Below, piece by piece: positions 30,712-44,810 of a stretch of 64,000 bases of DNA. The position numbers were made by a program, and so were the translations under genes. The stretch comes from the human T2T-CHM13v2.0 reference genome, Homo sapiens: assembly GCF_009914755.1 (NCBI RefSeq), contig NC_060926.1. One strand, 5' to 3'. How positions within the stretch are numbered: position 1 is the first letter of the stretch; the number at the start of each line of letters is the position of its first letter. The notes under the pieces were generated by a model. The model was not told the origin of the DNA. It was given only the letters and a program-made list of their open reading frames with translations, and searched no databases.

Positions 30712-33403
30712 GTAGCGCGAGCGCTTTCTCTCTCTCTCCCCTGCCCTTCCCTCTGCGTCCGTCGTCGGCCCCCGAGGCGCCTGCTCCGCGCCTTTGTGCC
30801 CGCGGTCCCTGGCCCCGTCGCACCCTGCGGGCGGGGGTCAGCGGGCTCTGCCGCTCTCTTGGGAGACGCGGCGCTGCGGCGGGAACGGCGCACGCTGTAG
30901 GTTGCGGAGGGTGGTCGTGACTCCGCAGTGGCTTCGGGGGTGGCGGGAGGGAAGAAGGGCTTGTAAACTAAGTTGCTCTTACTTTGCCCCATGCCTCTCG
31001 TACCTGTGGGCAGAGTCGAATCTCGGCTGTCCTCGTGTTCACCCACAGCCCCTCCATTCCTCTGGCCCACAGCTGTTTCCTGGCCCCCTGGAAAGACACG
31101 GTGTGGCTTCCTCCGGGCAGGAAAGCGGAGGGAGAACAATGGGGCGTCCTGGGGAGTGGGGTTCAGGTGCGGTGTGCCCCGGCGGCGGCGGGGGAGGAGG
31201 GGCCCGGGACGCTGTGGGCCTCCCTGCGCGTGCAGCTGCGCTCGCCTCCTTTGTTCCGCCGCAGCGGAGGGGGTTGCCCTGGGTCTCGTTTCCTGCCCGG
31301 GATGGGATTGATTCACGGTCCCAGAGAGGGAAGGGGAAGGGGGCGGGGCTGGAATGGAAACCAGATTAGAGACGGGAGCTACGAAGGGTGGTGGGGCCGG
31401 GAAGAGAGTTGGGGAGAGGGTTGGGAGAGGGTGATGAGAGCGCGCTGGAGAGGTAACTACAAACACACAACATTTTGTTCAAGGGCCATGTGAGTTTCTA
31501 GAGCTTATTTGTAGTGCTTTGTTCAGGCTTCGGCCCAGCGTTTATTGCTGCAACAAGTTGTGTGCTTCTTGAGTTTCTAGGCGTTCCCAATGTTAGATTG
31601 CTCAAAGCAAATCTTCTTAGTTACAGTGAAAGAAGCCCCCCCCCTTTTTTTTTGAGATTTGAAAAAATTTTGCTATGAACTATGGTATTGGTGTGTATGT
31701 GTGTGCCTCTGGGTCTGTGTGTGTAGCTAGTGGATATTGGCTGGAATGGGTAGGAGACAAATTTTATAGAATCAATTTTGACGTAAAATTGTTTTATAGT
31801 ATAATATAGTACAACAGTTTTCCAGGACTGTTTGAGGGCAGAAACCACCAGAAAATTAGACATTGCTATAAATAAATGAATCAGACTATGTAACACAATT
31901 GAAAAACCCTTTTACAGTCTGTCCCAGGAAACACACCACACACACCAGCGTTTGGGGTTTGAACTGAGGAGCCCTGGCATTGAAGTGTTCTGTGCTTTCA
32001 CTCTCTGTGTGAGGATCGTTTAGAGGTGGTAGAATTAAATGTAATGTGTCAGACATTTGTTAAGTGACCTTTCCTAGATTGGAATCGAGACTCGCCAAAG
32101 GATTGGCTGACCTAGGGAGGGAGCTATGGGGGATTGAATGATGTGTGTTTTTTGAATGGGGTATTCCAAGCAAAACTGTTTTGGGAGGAGGCTGACATTT
32201 CCAGGCATTCATGGTTTGTGCCTGTGGGACACTGGTGGGAGGATTCCCAAAGTCGGACTGAAGGTTAGCATTACTGTGGTGATAATTTAGGAGACATTCT
32301 GTTGTAGTAGTCTGGCTGCAGACAGGGCTGGGAAGTGGCCCAGAGCTGCCTCTTTGACAAGCTGAGGGTCCGCCATTAAACCACCCCTTTGGCCATTTAT
32401 TTTGAGATGAACCAAGTTTGAAAGCCTCTTAACCTTAGAAGGCTAATTAGGAGCTTGCTGTGGGGGAAAAAAATATCTCCTGCCCACTAAGTGGTAATGG
32501 AAAAGAGCTGTATAAGCTACTGCTGAGGGTTTGTCTTTTTCGTGGGGGATGTGGTCAAATTTTCAGGCCAGGCTGAAAAGCACTGGGAGTTGTCCTCAGG
32601 AGCCATTATGATGTGAAGTTGAAATGGGATGGTGTCCAACTGTCAAGCTGTTTGTCATTAGAACTAACACACTGCCTGGCAAAACGTTGTGCTAGGGCAG
32701 CTAACAGAGGGAGACTTTTTGTTGTTGTTGTCTTACCATTTTGGACTTTTCACTTATGCTGTGAATTGTTTTATAAAATACAACACGATTGAATTCCTCT
32801 CAAGTACTCATTGTTCTATACATTAACAAAATGTAAAGCATCTGAACATTGCTGCTACTGGAGATGTGGACAGATAGCAGAATCCTAAGTGGCTGGTCTC
32901 TGGTCTCTGGCCTCTGGCCGTTCTGGTGGATGCCTGATTGTGTGATAAGGCTGGCAACAGGCTGTATCCCCTTCCCAGGATGAATCATCACTTTGTCAAG
33001 CCTGGAGTTAAAGACTAACTTACCCTGATTGCTGCACAGTTATGCAAAGCAAGGAGGAACGTCTGACATCATGGGGAAGAAGAGGGAGTGAGGTGAGTGG
33101 GTGGTGTTTGGCTAAGAAGGGATCTTCAGCATGTAGCATCCATGTTTTTAGCATTTGTCCTCCTTTGGGTAAGATTGTCTTCTACCTCCCTTCTACTGTT
33201 TTCAATAGCTGAACATTTGGATTTTAATTAAATAGCCTAACAATAATTATAGCTATCATTTAGTATGTGTTCATTACATGCCAAGAATTTTACATACATT
33301 ACTATATTCATCATCACAACAACTTGATAAAGTGGGTGTTATCTTCATTTTCCAGTGGAAACTGAGGCCTGGAGGAGTTAAGTAACTTGCCCCTTACACC
33401 GTA

Positions 33404-33799
33404 CAGATGCTCCTAGATTTACAATGGGGTTATGTCCTGATAAACCCATCATAAGTTGAAAATATTGTAAGTTGAAAATGCATTTAATACACTTAATCTA
33501 CCGAACCTTAAATGTGTCCAGAACAGTCACATTAGCCTACAGTTGGGCAAAATCGTCTGGTAACACAGTCCACTGTAGAGTATTGGTTGTTCATCCTTGT
33601 GATGGTGTAGCTGACTGGGAGCTGCGGCTCGCTGCCACTGCCCAGCATTGTGATGGGGTATCGTACTACATGTGGCTAGCCCCAGAAAACATCACAATTC
33701 AAAATTCTAAGTATGATTTCCACTGAATGCCTATCATTTTTGCACCATTATAGAGTAAAAAAATCCTAAGTTGAACCATTGTAAATTGAGGACCCTCTG
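33404..33799 (+). mobile_element. MER47/Tigger5-like DNA transposon nested in an antisense MIR
   Basis: TA|CAGATGCTCCTAGATTTACAATGG...CCATTGTAAATTGAGGACCCTCTG terminal inverted repeats. MIR on both flanks (~33250-33875). Confidence 0.85.
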
Positions 33800-36700
33800 T
33801 GCTTGTGTAGCTAACTACTAAGTGGTGGAAGTGCGATTGGGGATCCCAAAGTCCATACTCTTTAGGTATATACTGTATGGTATGATGTATTTTAATAATA
33901 ACAACAGTTTGATTATCTAGTTGGTTAGCCCCTGGCAGATGTCAAATTACTTTCACGTCTATTATTGTAGTTGATTCTTCCAAAAACCACTGTGAGATAG
34001 GTTTGGAAGCCCAGGTTAGGACATTACAACTCTTAGAACTGTATTGCTAAAGAGCTGTATGTTATGGCCTGTATGAATAAGCTGTAAGTGAATGAAACTT
34101 TACTTTTAAAAAGTTAGGTTGCCAACATTTAAAAATAAGTTCTTTTTTCGAAACATTTAAAAGTGGTAGAACAGAGTAGATCTTATATTGCACTCAAGGC
34201 TTTTATGTTTATTGAAATCCATTTTAAGCCCTTTTTATCTTACAGCCTTTAATAGAACATTGCACTTTGCTTCTTAACTGAGACCCGATGCCAGAGTGTC
34301 TTTTTAAGAAGAGAAATAAGGAGGGAAGGAATGTGCTTATAAAGAGGAAGTGGGACATCAGAATTGGAAACACTCGCAGCAGCAGGCCATAGATTTTTCC
34401 CAGCACATGCTTTTTGTCCTGGCAGTAGCCTTTTACAGAAGGCATTCTTCCTTAGGGAAGTGTCAAGGGTCTTTCTTTACAGTATCCTCTGAGATCATCA
34501 AATTTCTGAGCTCTGTGGGAACACTCATTCCACATGATTTTTGTGCTCATCCCTTCCCCACAGGGGAAGTGAACTAGTTTAGGCATCTGCATGAAAAGGG
34601 AATAGCAGTGGTATCTGTCCTTAGGGTGGCACTGAGAGTGGCACTGGGCAAGAGGTACCAGACTTTGACACCAAGTACAGGAGCAGACTGGAGTTTAACA
34701 CTTGGCATCATGGATTGTTTGTGGATTCCTCAGAATGCTCCTGGGCAAATGGAAAAGTCAATATTAGGTTTTTGTTGTTGTTGTTGTTTCTAAGATAAGA
34801 ATTTGAAGACTGGAAGTTCTGCCTTGTTTATTTATTTCAAGCTAGGACACCATTTGGGGTCTTCAAGTTCTGTGGTATAGGTGAGAGTAACTTTAGTCTC
34901 CTCAGGCTATGAAATTCTCCTCCACTGGCTATTTTAGACTTTTGCCTCTGGAGGAGAGGCAGACACATGGTTTGCTAAACTCTAACAGGTGAGCACCTTC
35001 CAACTTACCATAAGCAGCATAGAGGAGGAAAAAGGCTGCTTCCCAGCATTACACTCTTACAGCCTTTGGTAGGTCTTTGCAGTTGTCAGCCTCTTCCTCA
35101 TCAGTTCATATTTTATTAAGCACACAGGTCATGCAAGACAATGCATTAGACCCATTTTAAAAGGAAGAAAGGAAATCCATTGTGCTTTCAGGGACGTTGT
35201 AGCAGGGCAGGTGGATGCATCCCAAGAGTGGATGTTGGTGAAATGAAGAAAATGGCTATGACAGCTGTAGTGACCAAGACCAGGGGAACACTTGCTTTTG
35301 AGACAAAAGCTGAGAACAAACAGAAGCAAGAGAGTGGAAGAAAACTGAACACAGGTGCCAGCTTCTCTGACTTAGGTTTTATTTCCTCCAATCTCCAATG
35401 ATGTGAAAGCGTTCAGGTTCAGAACCCTGACTGAGGTCCAAAAAATGATATATAAACTACCATTCTATGCGAGAAGGTTTGAATAGCAGTGTCTTCCCTG
35501 GTGCATGGCAGGTCCTTGGTACCTCCGCCAACTCTCTTCTCTACACACCTGCCAGCATCCCTTCCTCATCCTGTGTTCAATGTGGCTGTCAACTAAGGCT
35601 GTTAATAGACTTCAGGCATATTTGCATTTTAAAAGGCTCTTATGGACAAGACATGCCAAATCTCCAAAGAATGAGTCATTCACATTGAGTTATATGATAT
35701 TATTCATGCTACTGTTTATTAAGTATTGGGTGCTTGCTTTGTGCTAGGCCTCATGCTGGGTACTTTCTGTAGGTTGATTTCCTTCTCATCACTATCCCTT
35801 AGTAGGAGGTATTTGTAGATGAGGGAATTGAGTCACTAGCCCAGAGGTCAAGCCTCAAAGACCCCTTTGCTTTCCAGAACAACGAAGTGCCACCAGGTAG
35901 AGTGTACTGTGAAGCTTTGAATGAGTACTGTGGAGCTTTGGGCAAAAACTTTGATTCTTTGGGTGAGTACTTTGATGCTTTGGTCACTTTTAAGGAGTTC
36001 TTTTTAAGGAGTTAGAGGGAGAGCCCAGCTGTTGTCCCTCTCCTTCCTGGCTTGTTTCCTTTGTCACCTGAAGTCAGGATTCCTGTAGGTGTCCTTGGCT
36101 GGTCCAAAGCTAGGAGAATTGGTTGAACTGCTTCTCAGTTTATCCTTTTCTGGGTGTTTTGGCTTCCCAGTCCTGCGTCATTCTCCTTCCCCAGCTGAGG
36201 GAGACAAGATTCAGCCTGCTAGTGAGAGACTGAATAGCCAGTCCCTTTTCTTACCCCCTTGCTGGCCATGCCTTTATCTTCAGGAATAGATTGTCATCTG
36301 GGAGTTTCAGGGCGTTTGTCTGATCTCTGGTCTCCAGTCTGCCTGCGAGCAGCATGCCACAGGGCATCCAGTCCTGGAGCTCGCTCAGATCTTTGATGTG
36401 TGAGAATAAGCGGTGTGGATGCCATTGCAGAGCTGGGTTTTGGGAAGAGAGTTGGGGTGAAATTTGTACTCTTCCAAGATAGGCAGTTTTATAAATAGCA
36501 GAAAAGTAAAAATTGACATTCTTCTTTTGCTTATCAGATAAGCACCTGATAAGTTTCTGAAAATGCAAGGGGCCTGTCTTTCCTTGATAGCTTAAGAGAG
36601 GCTTAAGAGGAAACCAAATCTCTGCCTTCCGGGGACTTTCAGTCCAATTCTTCCTGGACTCAAGATGCTTTAAGATTGCACAGATGGCTTAAGTTCGCTG

Positions 36701-38849
36701 TGTTAAAATGAAAATATAGTAATGTATTTCAGAATTGTACATTACAGGTTTTTAAATTTGTTTAAAAAAAGAATGCAATATCTTTAAAGACTTTTTAGAA
36801 AATTGAATTGAAAGGACAGTGGAACAGATTATTAGTTATCGACATTATAATACATTTACACGTCATTTGCCTACTTAATTTTCACTGGTTACATGAAAGC
36901 ATTTTCACATTGCAACCACAACAAAAAGCTCCCCCAAAATACACAAAGAATCTTAATTGCAAGATTCCTGCTGGTCCCACTTAACATTTTCCAGTGTACA
37001 CCTTCTCTCTCCATCATTGCTGCTTTGCTTTACATTTTATATTAGATCCTGAATTGCTATTTGTGATGTTCAGATTGCAAATATACTAGCTTCCTAACTG
37101 ATCATTTTTTCCCTTAAAAGTACTTCAGAGTGATTGGTCACTGTTTTATTCATTTTAGACCCACAGTCTAAATGCTTTAAGGAAAAGCTTAATTTTCATA
37201 GACATTGGGCCTATGCCAATTTGCATGGCTTGTTATTTTTGTGATCCTCATATTATCTGCTTCTAGTCATAATCGGTAGATCACAGTTTTGAGCTACCCC
37301 TGATATAGTGAGCCATCTATGAAAAAGTTCTCGCTTGCCTGAAATTTTCAAAGTGTTGAGAGCTATTCATAAAAATGTATGAACTGCCACGTTGGTCAGG
37401 TTCAGGGCTTATTTGCCGTAGTACTCTGCAGGTATTCTGTGACATTCAGGAAGGAAAATAGAGTTAGACTCCTGATGTCAGCTTTGTAAAGGTTCATAGA
37501 TGTCTCTTGAGTATCTGTAATTACATGATCTCTTAAAAACCTCTTATCCATGTACTGAAATTCATCTTGAATTGTTTATTTTTATCCTGCATTCACACAA
37601 TTCACACTTTAAAGATAGAACTTGATTATATTGGTATTTTTATTTCAAATTTTCAATTTTTGGAATGGCAGAATGTTGCTATTGAAAAGTGTCTTAAAGG
37701 TCACCACTGTAACCCCTTCATTGTGCTTGAGACCTGCTCAGCTCCTAAATTTAACAGGGGACGGATCTGAGAAACTGACTCCAAGTTGTAACCTCTTGCT
37801 TAGTTTTCTTTCTAGGGAGATATCCGTCTCTCCAAACCTGTCGAAATCTAAATTTATTACCTCTTACCTAATACTTGGTCCCCTGTGGACTTCACTTCAC
37901 TGTTTGTGCTAATAGCCTTTTCATCACCATCTTGACTTTGGATTCTAGAGCATCACCTACTTCCCCATTTTCTGTGACCCTTACATTCCTCCTGTCAGTC
38001 ACTATGTCTGATTTATTGTTCTCCCCTATCTTTTGCCCTTTGCAAATCCTCAAGCCCTCATTCTGGTTCAGACCTTTAAAAGGCTGAGTTACTGGAGTAT
38101 AGTGTTACCCAAAGTGAGTTGTTCCATAAAAAATTAGTAAGTTGGAAAAAAAAACAAAAAACAAAAAAATACCCTACCCATAAAGTTGGTAAATGTTCCT
38201 GTAAAAAGGGTTCCTTGGCCAGGTACATGTTAGAATAGCTGGTTAAGTTTCTTTGCAGAAAGACTTCTCCTGGCCTTCATTTGTGACTGTGTACTGTGAA
38301 TTCCCAAGAGAAAGATACAGTATTCACTTGTCCCAACTTATGTCACCATTGTACCACGTTTTGGGGGGATCATTTCGTAGATAACACTGCTATAGTCACT
38401 TCACCGTAGCTTTTTAGGTTCTGTCACTGCCTGGCTTCCTGTGGGAATGTGCATTCCATGTGAGCCGTACTTGGTTCACTCTCAACTGTGTCTTGTGCTT
38501 TTACCTTGTTGTTCTGGATCGTTCCTTCCCCCCAGAAGCCCCTCTCCCCTATCACACTGGCACATCTTTCAGTGCCCAGCTTTGTGCCTGTCTTCTCTGT
38601 CAGTTTTCCCAGACTCAGGTTGCGCTTGTTCTTCTGAACTTAACTGTTTCACAACTTAAAAAAAAAAAAAGAAAATATTTGAAGCACAATGAAATGTTGA
38701 AAGTAACCTTACACATTCATATGGTTAAATTATTGGAATTCCCACAAAATTCCATTTTCCATATTTGCGTCAGTTGACACGTCACATGCACATCACATTC
38801 TCCTCTGTTTCCCCCCACAGGTTAGCTTGCACATATGTTCAACAAGCTT

Positions 38850-39250
38850 GTTGCTTGTGGGGCTTTTTTCTTTAATTTTGTGTTACTGAAATTGTGTTGC
38901 ATTTAAATAGAAATTCAGGGAGAATTGACATCTTTATGGTTTAATGGCTTCCCATCCACAAACCTCATAAGCTTCTTTAATAGTTCTTTTATGTCCTTCA
39001 ATGAAATTTTTATCATTTTGTATGTAAAACTCTTTCATACCGCTTGTTAGATTTGTGCCAAGGTGCTTCATGGTTTCTGTGGTCATTTTGAATGAATGAT
39101 TTAGTACATTTCTGGTTAGTGTTGCTGGTGTACAAGAAAGGGATTGATTTTGTATTTGTTTATAAATAGTTCTTGATTGATCAAGTTCACATCTAAACCT
39201 GTGTTTGCTGTGGGAGCCTGCAGTTGGGTGGCTTTTCCAATACAGCATAA
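38850..39250 (-). mobile_element. Old L1 ORF2 fragment
   Basis: Minus-strand peptide MKHLGTNLTSGMKEFYIQNDK resembles L1 ORF2 IKYLGINLT...LY.EN.K. Confidence 0.7.
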
Positions 39251-39270
39251 AATAACTTAGCCTTTATTGA

Positions 39271-39875
<605 letters not shown>

Positions 39876-40004
39876 TAATTTAAAAATTATATACAGTACT
39901 TTTAGAAGTAAGGAAGGGGTGACTTTTAGTTATTTAATGTGTTCATTTATTAACTCATCAAATGTTTAGGTGCCTAGTATGTTTCAGGCACCGTACTAGG
40001 TACT

Positions 40005-40313
40005 GTGTTTTTGTTTTTGTTTTTGTTTTAGAGACAGGGTCTCTCTTTGTTGCTCAGGCCGGAGTACAGTGGTGTGAACATAGCTCACTGCAGGATCGAA
40101 CTCCTGGGCACAAGTGATCCTCCTGTCTCCACCTCCCAAGCAGCTAGGACTACAGGCAGCATCTCCACACCCCACTCATTTTTTACATTTTTTTGTGGAG
40201 ACGGGGTCTTTCTATGTTGCCCAGGCTGGTCTTGAACTCCTGGCCTCAAGTGATCCTCCCTCCTCAGCCTCTTGAAGTGTTAGGATTACAGGTATGAGGC
40301 ACTACACCCATCC
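40005..40313 (-). mobile_element. Alu (AluJ-like) inside an antisense L2 3' end (~39940-40620)
   Basis: (TTTTTG)n tail; GTACTG on both flanks. Confidence 0.9.
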
Positions 40314-41264
40314 TGTACTGAATCTTTAATGTTGAACAAAACAGATGTGGTTTCTGCTCTCATGAATGTGAAGGGGAAGAGACATTGTGGAAATGGACAC
40401 GGATAAATATGTATTCGTGGATTAGCATCGATACTGTGAAGGAAAAGGACAGGGGGCTGTGAGAAACAGAAAGGCGGAGAGAGGGAAATTTAGATTGGGG
40501 TACAAGGAGAGCCTGACTTAGGAAATAAACATTCACACAGCTGCCTGAAGGATGAGTTGGTGTTAAAGAATGAGGAGGATGGAAGAACTTTGTAGGCAAT
40601 AAAAAGAGGCTCAGAAGCCCCAAGGTGGGACTCTACTCTGAATGACACAAAGATGGGAATTTTAGTGACTGATGACTTAAATCAAGTTATTAATTCTTAG
40701 TAAATTATCATAATAGTGGTATTTAACAGTGTTTTACACACTATTATGACAAAGTGAAGGTATTTATTTTTTATCAGTATATCCTCATCCTGCCAAGTGA
40801 AGCTGGCTAGATTCAGAGAGCTGCCTCTATGGTGAGGCTTGAATGGGGCCACTGCCCACACCCCTACCCCCTCTGCATTTTGAGTATTGCCACTGCTGCC
40901 ATTGGGTCCTGGCATCTGCTGGACACGAGCGTCCTGCTCAGCAATTTTCTCCTGAGCTCTGCACTAATAGACGGGGTCCTTTAAGGTCAGGTCAGGTCAG
41001 GTCGGAAGAAGACTGCTCTGCCCTTCCTGGGAGGGGTGGTGAGCAGGGCCTTCTATGTTTTTTCCAGTGTCTCAGCCTTCTCCACTCTCCCTCCTTCACT
41101 GTCTCTTAAACACACACTGAGGGCTCAGGCATGACAATGGGATGGGATCCAAACTGAGTTACACACCTACCTAGAATCTGTGCTCTGTTTGGTCATTGAA
41201 GCATTGCTCTGGGGCAGGCATGACTGAGCTTAGTTGAGATAAGTCCTCTGTATAGTGAAAAGCT

Positions 41265-41520
41265 ATGTGGTGCAGTGGTTATGGGCTGGGCTCTGGAGAC
41301 AATACTGGTTTTTGAAACTTGACTCTTCTCCTTAGTAGCCCCCGGACCCTGGGCTTGTAGCTTAAACGGTCTGCCTCCATTTTCTCATCTGCGCAATGTG
41401 GGTAATTTTGCAGAGCTGCCTTCTTTGGGTTATAGTAAGGATTAAATGAATCAACACATGTGCAGCTCCTAGAACAGTGTCAGGCACAGAGCAAGCACTT
41501 GGTGTAGATGTTAGTTACTA
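41265..41520 (+). mobile_element. MIR
   Basis: GTGGTGCAGTGGTTA...TTTCTCATCTG...GGATTAAATGA...AGAACAGTG. Confidence 0.75.
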
Positions 41521-43133
41521 CTATTCAGCCTTTCCTGCAATGCTTTCCTGGGGTTCCTCCTCCCCCACACCAGATATTTAAATCTGTTTGAATCCTAGCA
41601 GTGCACATAATTTAGGATTTCATACGAGGGACCCCTTTGGAAAATATGGGGAGAAAGATGGCAAAAAAAGAAACCAAAATGTTAAGTGATTGTGTTACGA
41701 TAATAGATTGGGGTGACTTTTACTTTTAACTCTCTATTTTCTAAATCTTCTATAACCTGGTTATGTTACCTCTGTACTAATAATATAATAAAATTATTTG
41801 AAGAAAGAAAAGTCAGGCTGGCAGTCTCCAGTTGGTTTGCTAAAAAGGGACAGGAGAGAGTGAGAAGCCAGGGGTAGGCCTGCTCTAGTGGCATTCACAG
41901 GTGAAGTACCTTCCCATTTGTGCTTATAGTTGCAGAAACTAGGTAACGGTGTTGAATAGTCTTTAGCAGAAGTATCCCCAAAAGTTAGAAGATGGGGCTA
42001 TTCCTTGTGAATCCCCCTTTTCTGTGAATTTTTTTTTAATCTGTCATTATTTTCCCTTTTTGTTTGTTCTGTGCTCCCTTAGTGGTCCTCTTGCCATATG
42101 TCTCTCATTCAGTCCCCTCTTCCTCCCCCTTCCCCTTGAAAGTCTCTCCTTTTAATCCATCTTCTTTACCTGCTGTCATGCAGAAATTATGCACCCATTT
42201 ATTCAATTCAAAATAAAGCATCAGTTTTATTTTTATTGTCAAAATAAGTAAATATAACTTTTCACTCTCAGAAATCTAAATGAAGTTGCCCTTTACTTAC
42301 TTACACCTAAATTAATTGATTAGTTAATTTATTTGCTGACAAATTAATGAACTCTGGGGGTCTGTGACCTCCTAAAAGCACCAGGAATCTTGGAAGATTG
42401 GGTGGCTGCAAGGAAGGGAAGATTGAGGGGATGTTGAAGTTAAATTTTTCCTCTTTGCCTATTTTGCATAGGGTTATCTGTGTTGCTGCCATTTTGGTAT
42501 ATGTCAGAATTTTTGAACTTTTCCAACAGAATTCTGGAAAATTACCAAAATACATTTTTACAAAGAAACCATGCCAAATCTGACAAATTTCTTCAAAAGC
42601 CCATTGATTTTAATCACTGAAAAGTTCAGCGAACTTTCCAGCTTTTCTTTCATGCTGCTCTTTTTATGTAATTGTGGGTGGAGAAATGGACTTTCCTGCA
42701 AAGTGTGTTTATCTACAGGAATTTATTCTTGGCAGTGGCATTTTATAAGTATCTTAAAAATAATGCTGACATAGATTTGAAAGAAGGTAGTGGGTTACAG
42801 TAATGTTACCTGCTATCAGCTGAAGAGCTGTTTACATGAGGAATATTGCTAATTTAATGATGCTACACAATTGAGTGTAAAATCTAGTGGAGGACATTTA
42901 AATAAACGGAAGTAAGGTGATGCCTTTCTGTACCTTATTCCACAATTTAGGTATTTTATCTTCAATGACAAATGCCTAATTTGAACATATCATAAATATT
43001 TATGATAGTTCTTTTTCTGCTTTAAGGAAGTCTGGGACAATTACAGTAAAATCTAGTTTTATAAAATGTGTACACCTAGACTTAGCATTGGTTTTTTCAA
43101 AAGAAGACATCATAGGAATTTTTTAAATTAGAA

Positions 43134-43702
43134 CCAATATATGTATCGCTTAATGATGGGTATACATTCTGTGAAGTGTGTCATCGGGCAATTTTGTCAT
43201 TGCGCAAACACCACAAAGTGGACTTAACACAAACTTAGATGGGACAGACAACCGTATACAGGTACAGCCAACACAAGTATAGCCAATTGCTCCTAGTCTA
43301 CAAACCTGTACAGACGTGTTACCATACTGAATATTGTAGGCAATTATAACACAGTAGTATTTGTGTATCTAAACAAAGAGAAGGAATAGTAAAGATATGG
43401 TATAAAAGATAAAAAATGTTACACCTCTCTGGGGCACTTATGAATAGAGCTTGCAAGACCAGAAGTTGCTCTGGGGGAGTCAGTGAGTGATGGGTGAATG
43501 TGAGGGCCTAGGACGTTACTGTACACTGCTGTAGACTTTATAAACACTGTACACTTAGGCTACCCTAAATTTATAAAAACACAAAGTAATTGCATCATGA
43601 CGTCACTAGTCGATAGGAATTTTTCAACTGCATTTTAAACTTATGGGACCTCCATTATATGTGTGGTCTGTTGTTGACAGAAACAGATGTGGTGTGTGAC
43701 TA
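43134..43702 (+). mobile_element. Tigger3-family DNA transposon
   Basis: CGCTTAATGATGGGTATACATTCTG...ACACAAACTTAGATGG and GGGGAGTCAGTGAGTGATGGGTGAATGTGAGGGCCTAGGAC motifs. Confidence 0.82.
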
Positions 43703-44489
43703 TATCCCCTTTTTGAGTAGGGCAGCGGTTATAGCTGCTTATTTGCTTTTGTCACAGAGCTACATGATGTTGGCATGACCTTGTATCTCCACTTCATACA
43801 CACTAATACTGTGGAGGAGGATCAAGTCGTTGGGTTTAGCCTAGGCATGCCAAGGGTATGGCATGAGCATGGAACACATAATGCTAGAACTGCCAGCCCA
43901 GTCTTAATACTTAGCACTGGTTGCCAGTTTAAAAAACAATACAAAGGTATAGGTAAAATGTTAAAGGAAACTTGTACTAATTTATGTCCTTTGAAGTGAC
44001 CTTTTTGTGTCTCATGGACTCTGGGCTGTAGTACCTGACTATCTTCTGCAACTCGGATGGAGAAAATGCCCCTTCCTTACCTGGCAGGCAGTGAGCCAGG
44101 TTGGACATTAGATACATAGTCGACTTCACCTACTCTGTGATTTAGCTTCCAGCTTTACAGTTTGCTGTCTTGGCAGCAGCTTGTGCATGGTGAACTTTTC
44201 TGACTAGAACAGTTAATAACCCCCACAGATGTTGGGAGCCCAGTTTTGCAGCTGTTGATATGTCCAGTTGGATTTCTTGAAAGAATTAATCAATTTTGAA
44301 GATCTCATGCCGTGGGCTGCAAGCATAATAGGATTTAGGGGGAAACTTTATTTTATGGGAGTTTGAGTTGGTATTGCAACAGATGTAGCAGGAGGTTGAA
44401 CAGCAGCTGAAGGGATGCAGGAAAATGGAGTTTAAAAAGATGTTTGTGGGCCTACCACTCTAAAAGTGTCAACTGTGGTCATTTCTGAA

Positions 44490-44810
44490 TATTCTTTTCC
44501 AGGCTTTTTATGTGAATGTTTTAAAATGTGATCATAATCATAGAGTACATACATTTTCTATATTGCTACATAGTATTTGAAATAAATTTTATAGTTGTGT
44601 ATTATTCCATTGAGTACCATCATTTTCTGCAACATCCCTTTATTTTTGGGCATTTGTATTCCTTCTGCCACTTTGCTGTTGTGAATAATACTGTGATGAG
44701 CCTTTTTGTACCTATAACCTTTTCTATATTTTGAATGATTTTCTGACAGTAGATATTGAGAACGAGGTGATTGGGTCAAAGATTGCTGTGAACTCTTTGA
44801 TGTAATCAGG
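44490..44810 (-). mobile_element. Old L1M 3' fragment, followed by antisense L2 to ~45200
   Basis: TATTCCATTG...GGGCATTTG...TTTGCTGTTGTGAATAATACTGTGATGAGC. Confidence 0.6.

Larger units (their letters stand above)
30180..31450 (+). promoter_or_regulatory. MYO1B: CpG island promoter of MYO1B
   Basis: Abrupt switch to very GC- and CpG-rich sequence in a CpG-depleted background. GC box CCCCGCCCC at 30420-30428. No obvious TATA box. It is the only CpG island upstream of the first coding exon. Confidence 0.92.

Noticed and set aside
30147-31466. 439 aa minus-strand ORF and other overlapping ORFs in the CpG island
   Set aside because: Pro/Arg/Ala/Gly-rich with no domain, and long ORFs occur in several frames on both strands. 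This is what stop-codon scarcity in GC-rich DNA produces.
44076-44088. CTTACCTGGCAGG, 13 nt identical to the U1 snRNA 5' region
   Set aside because: The match stops at once, so it is not a U1 pseudogene. At most it is a minus-strand donor-like site with no supporting exon.
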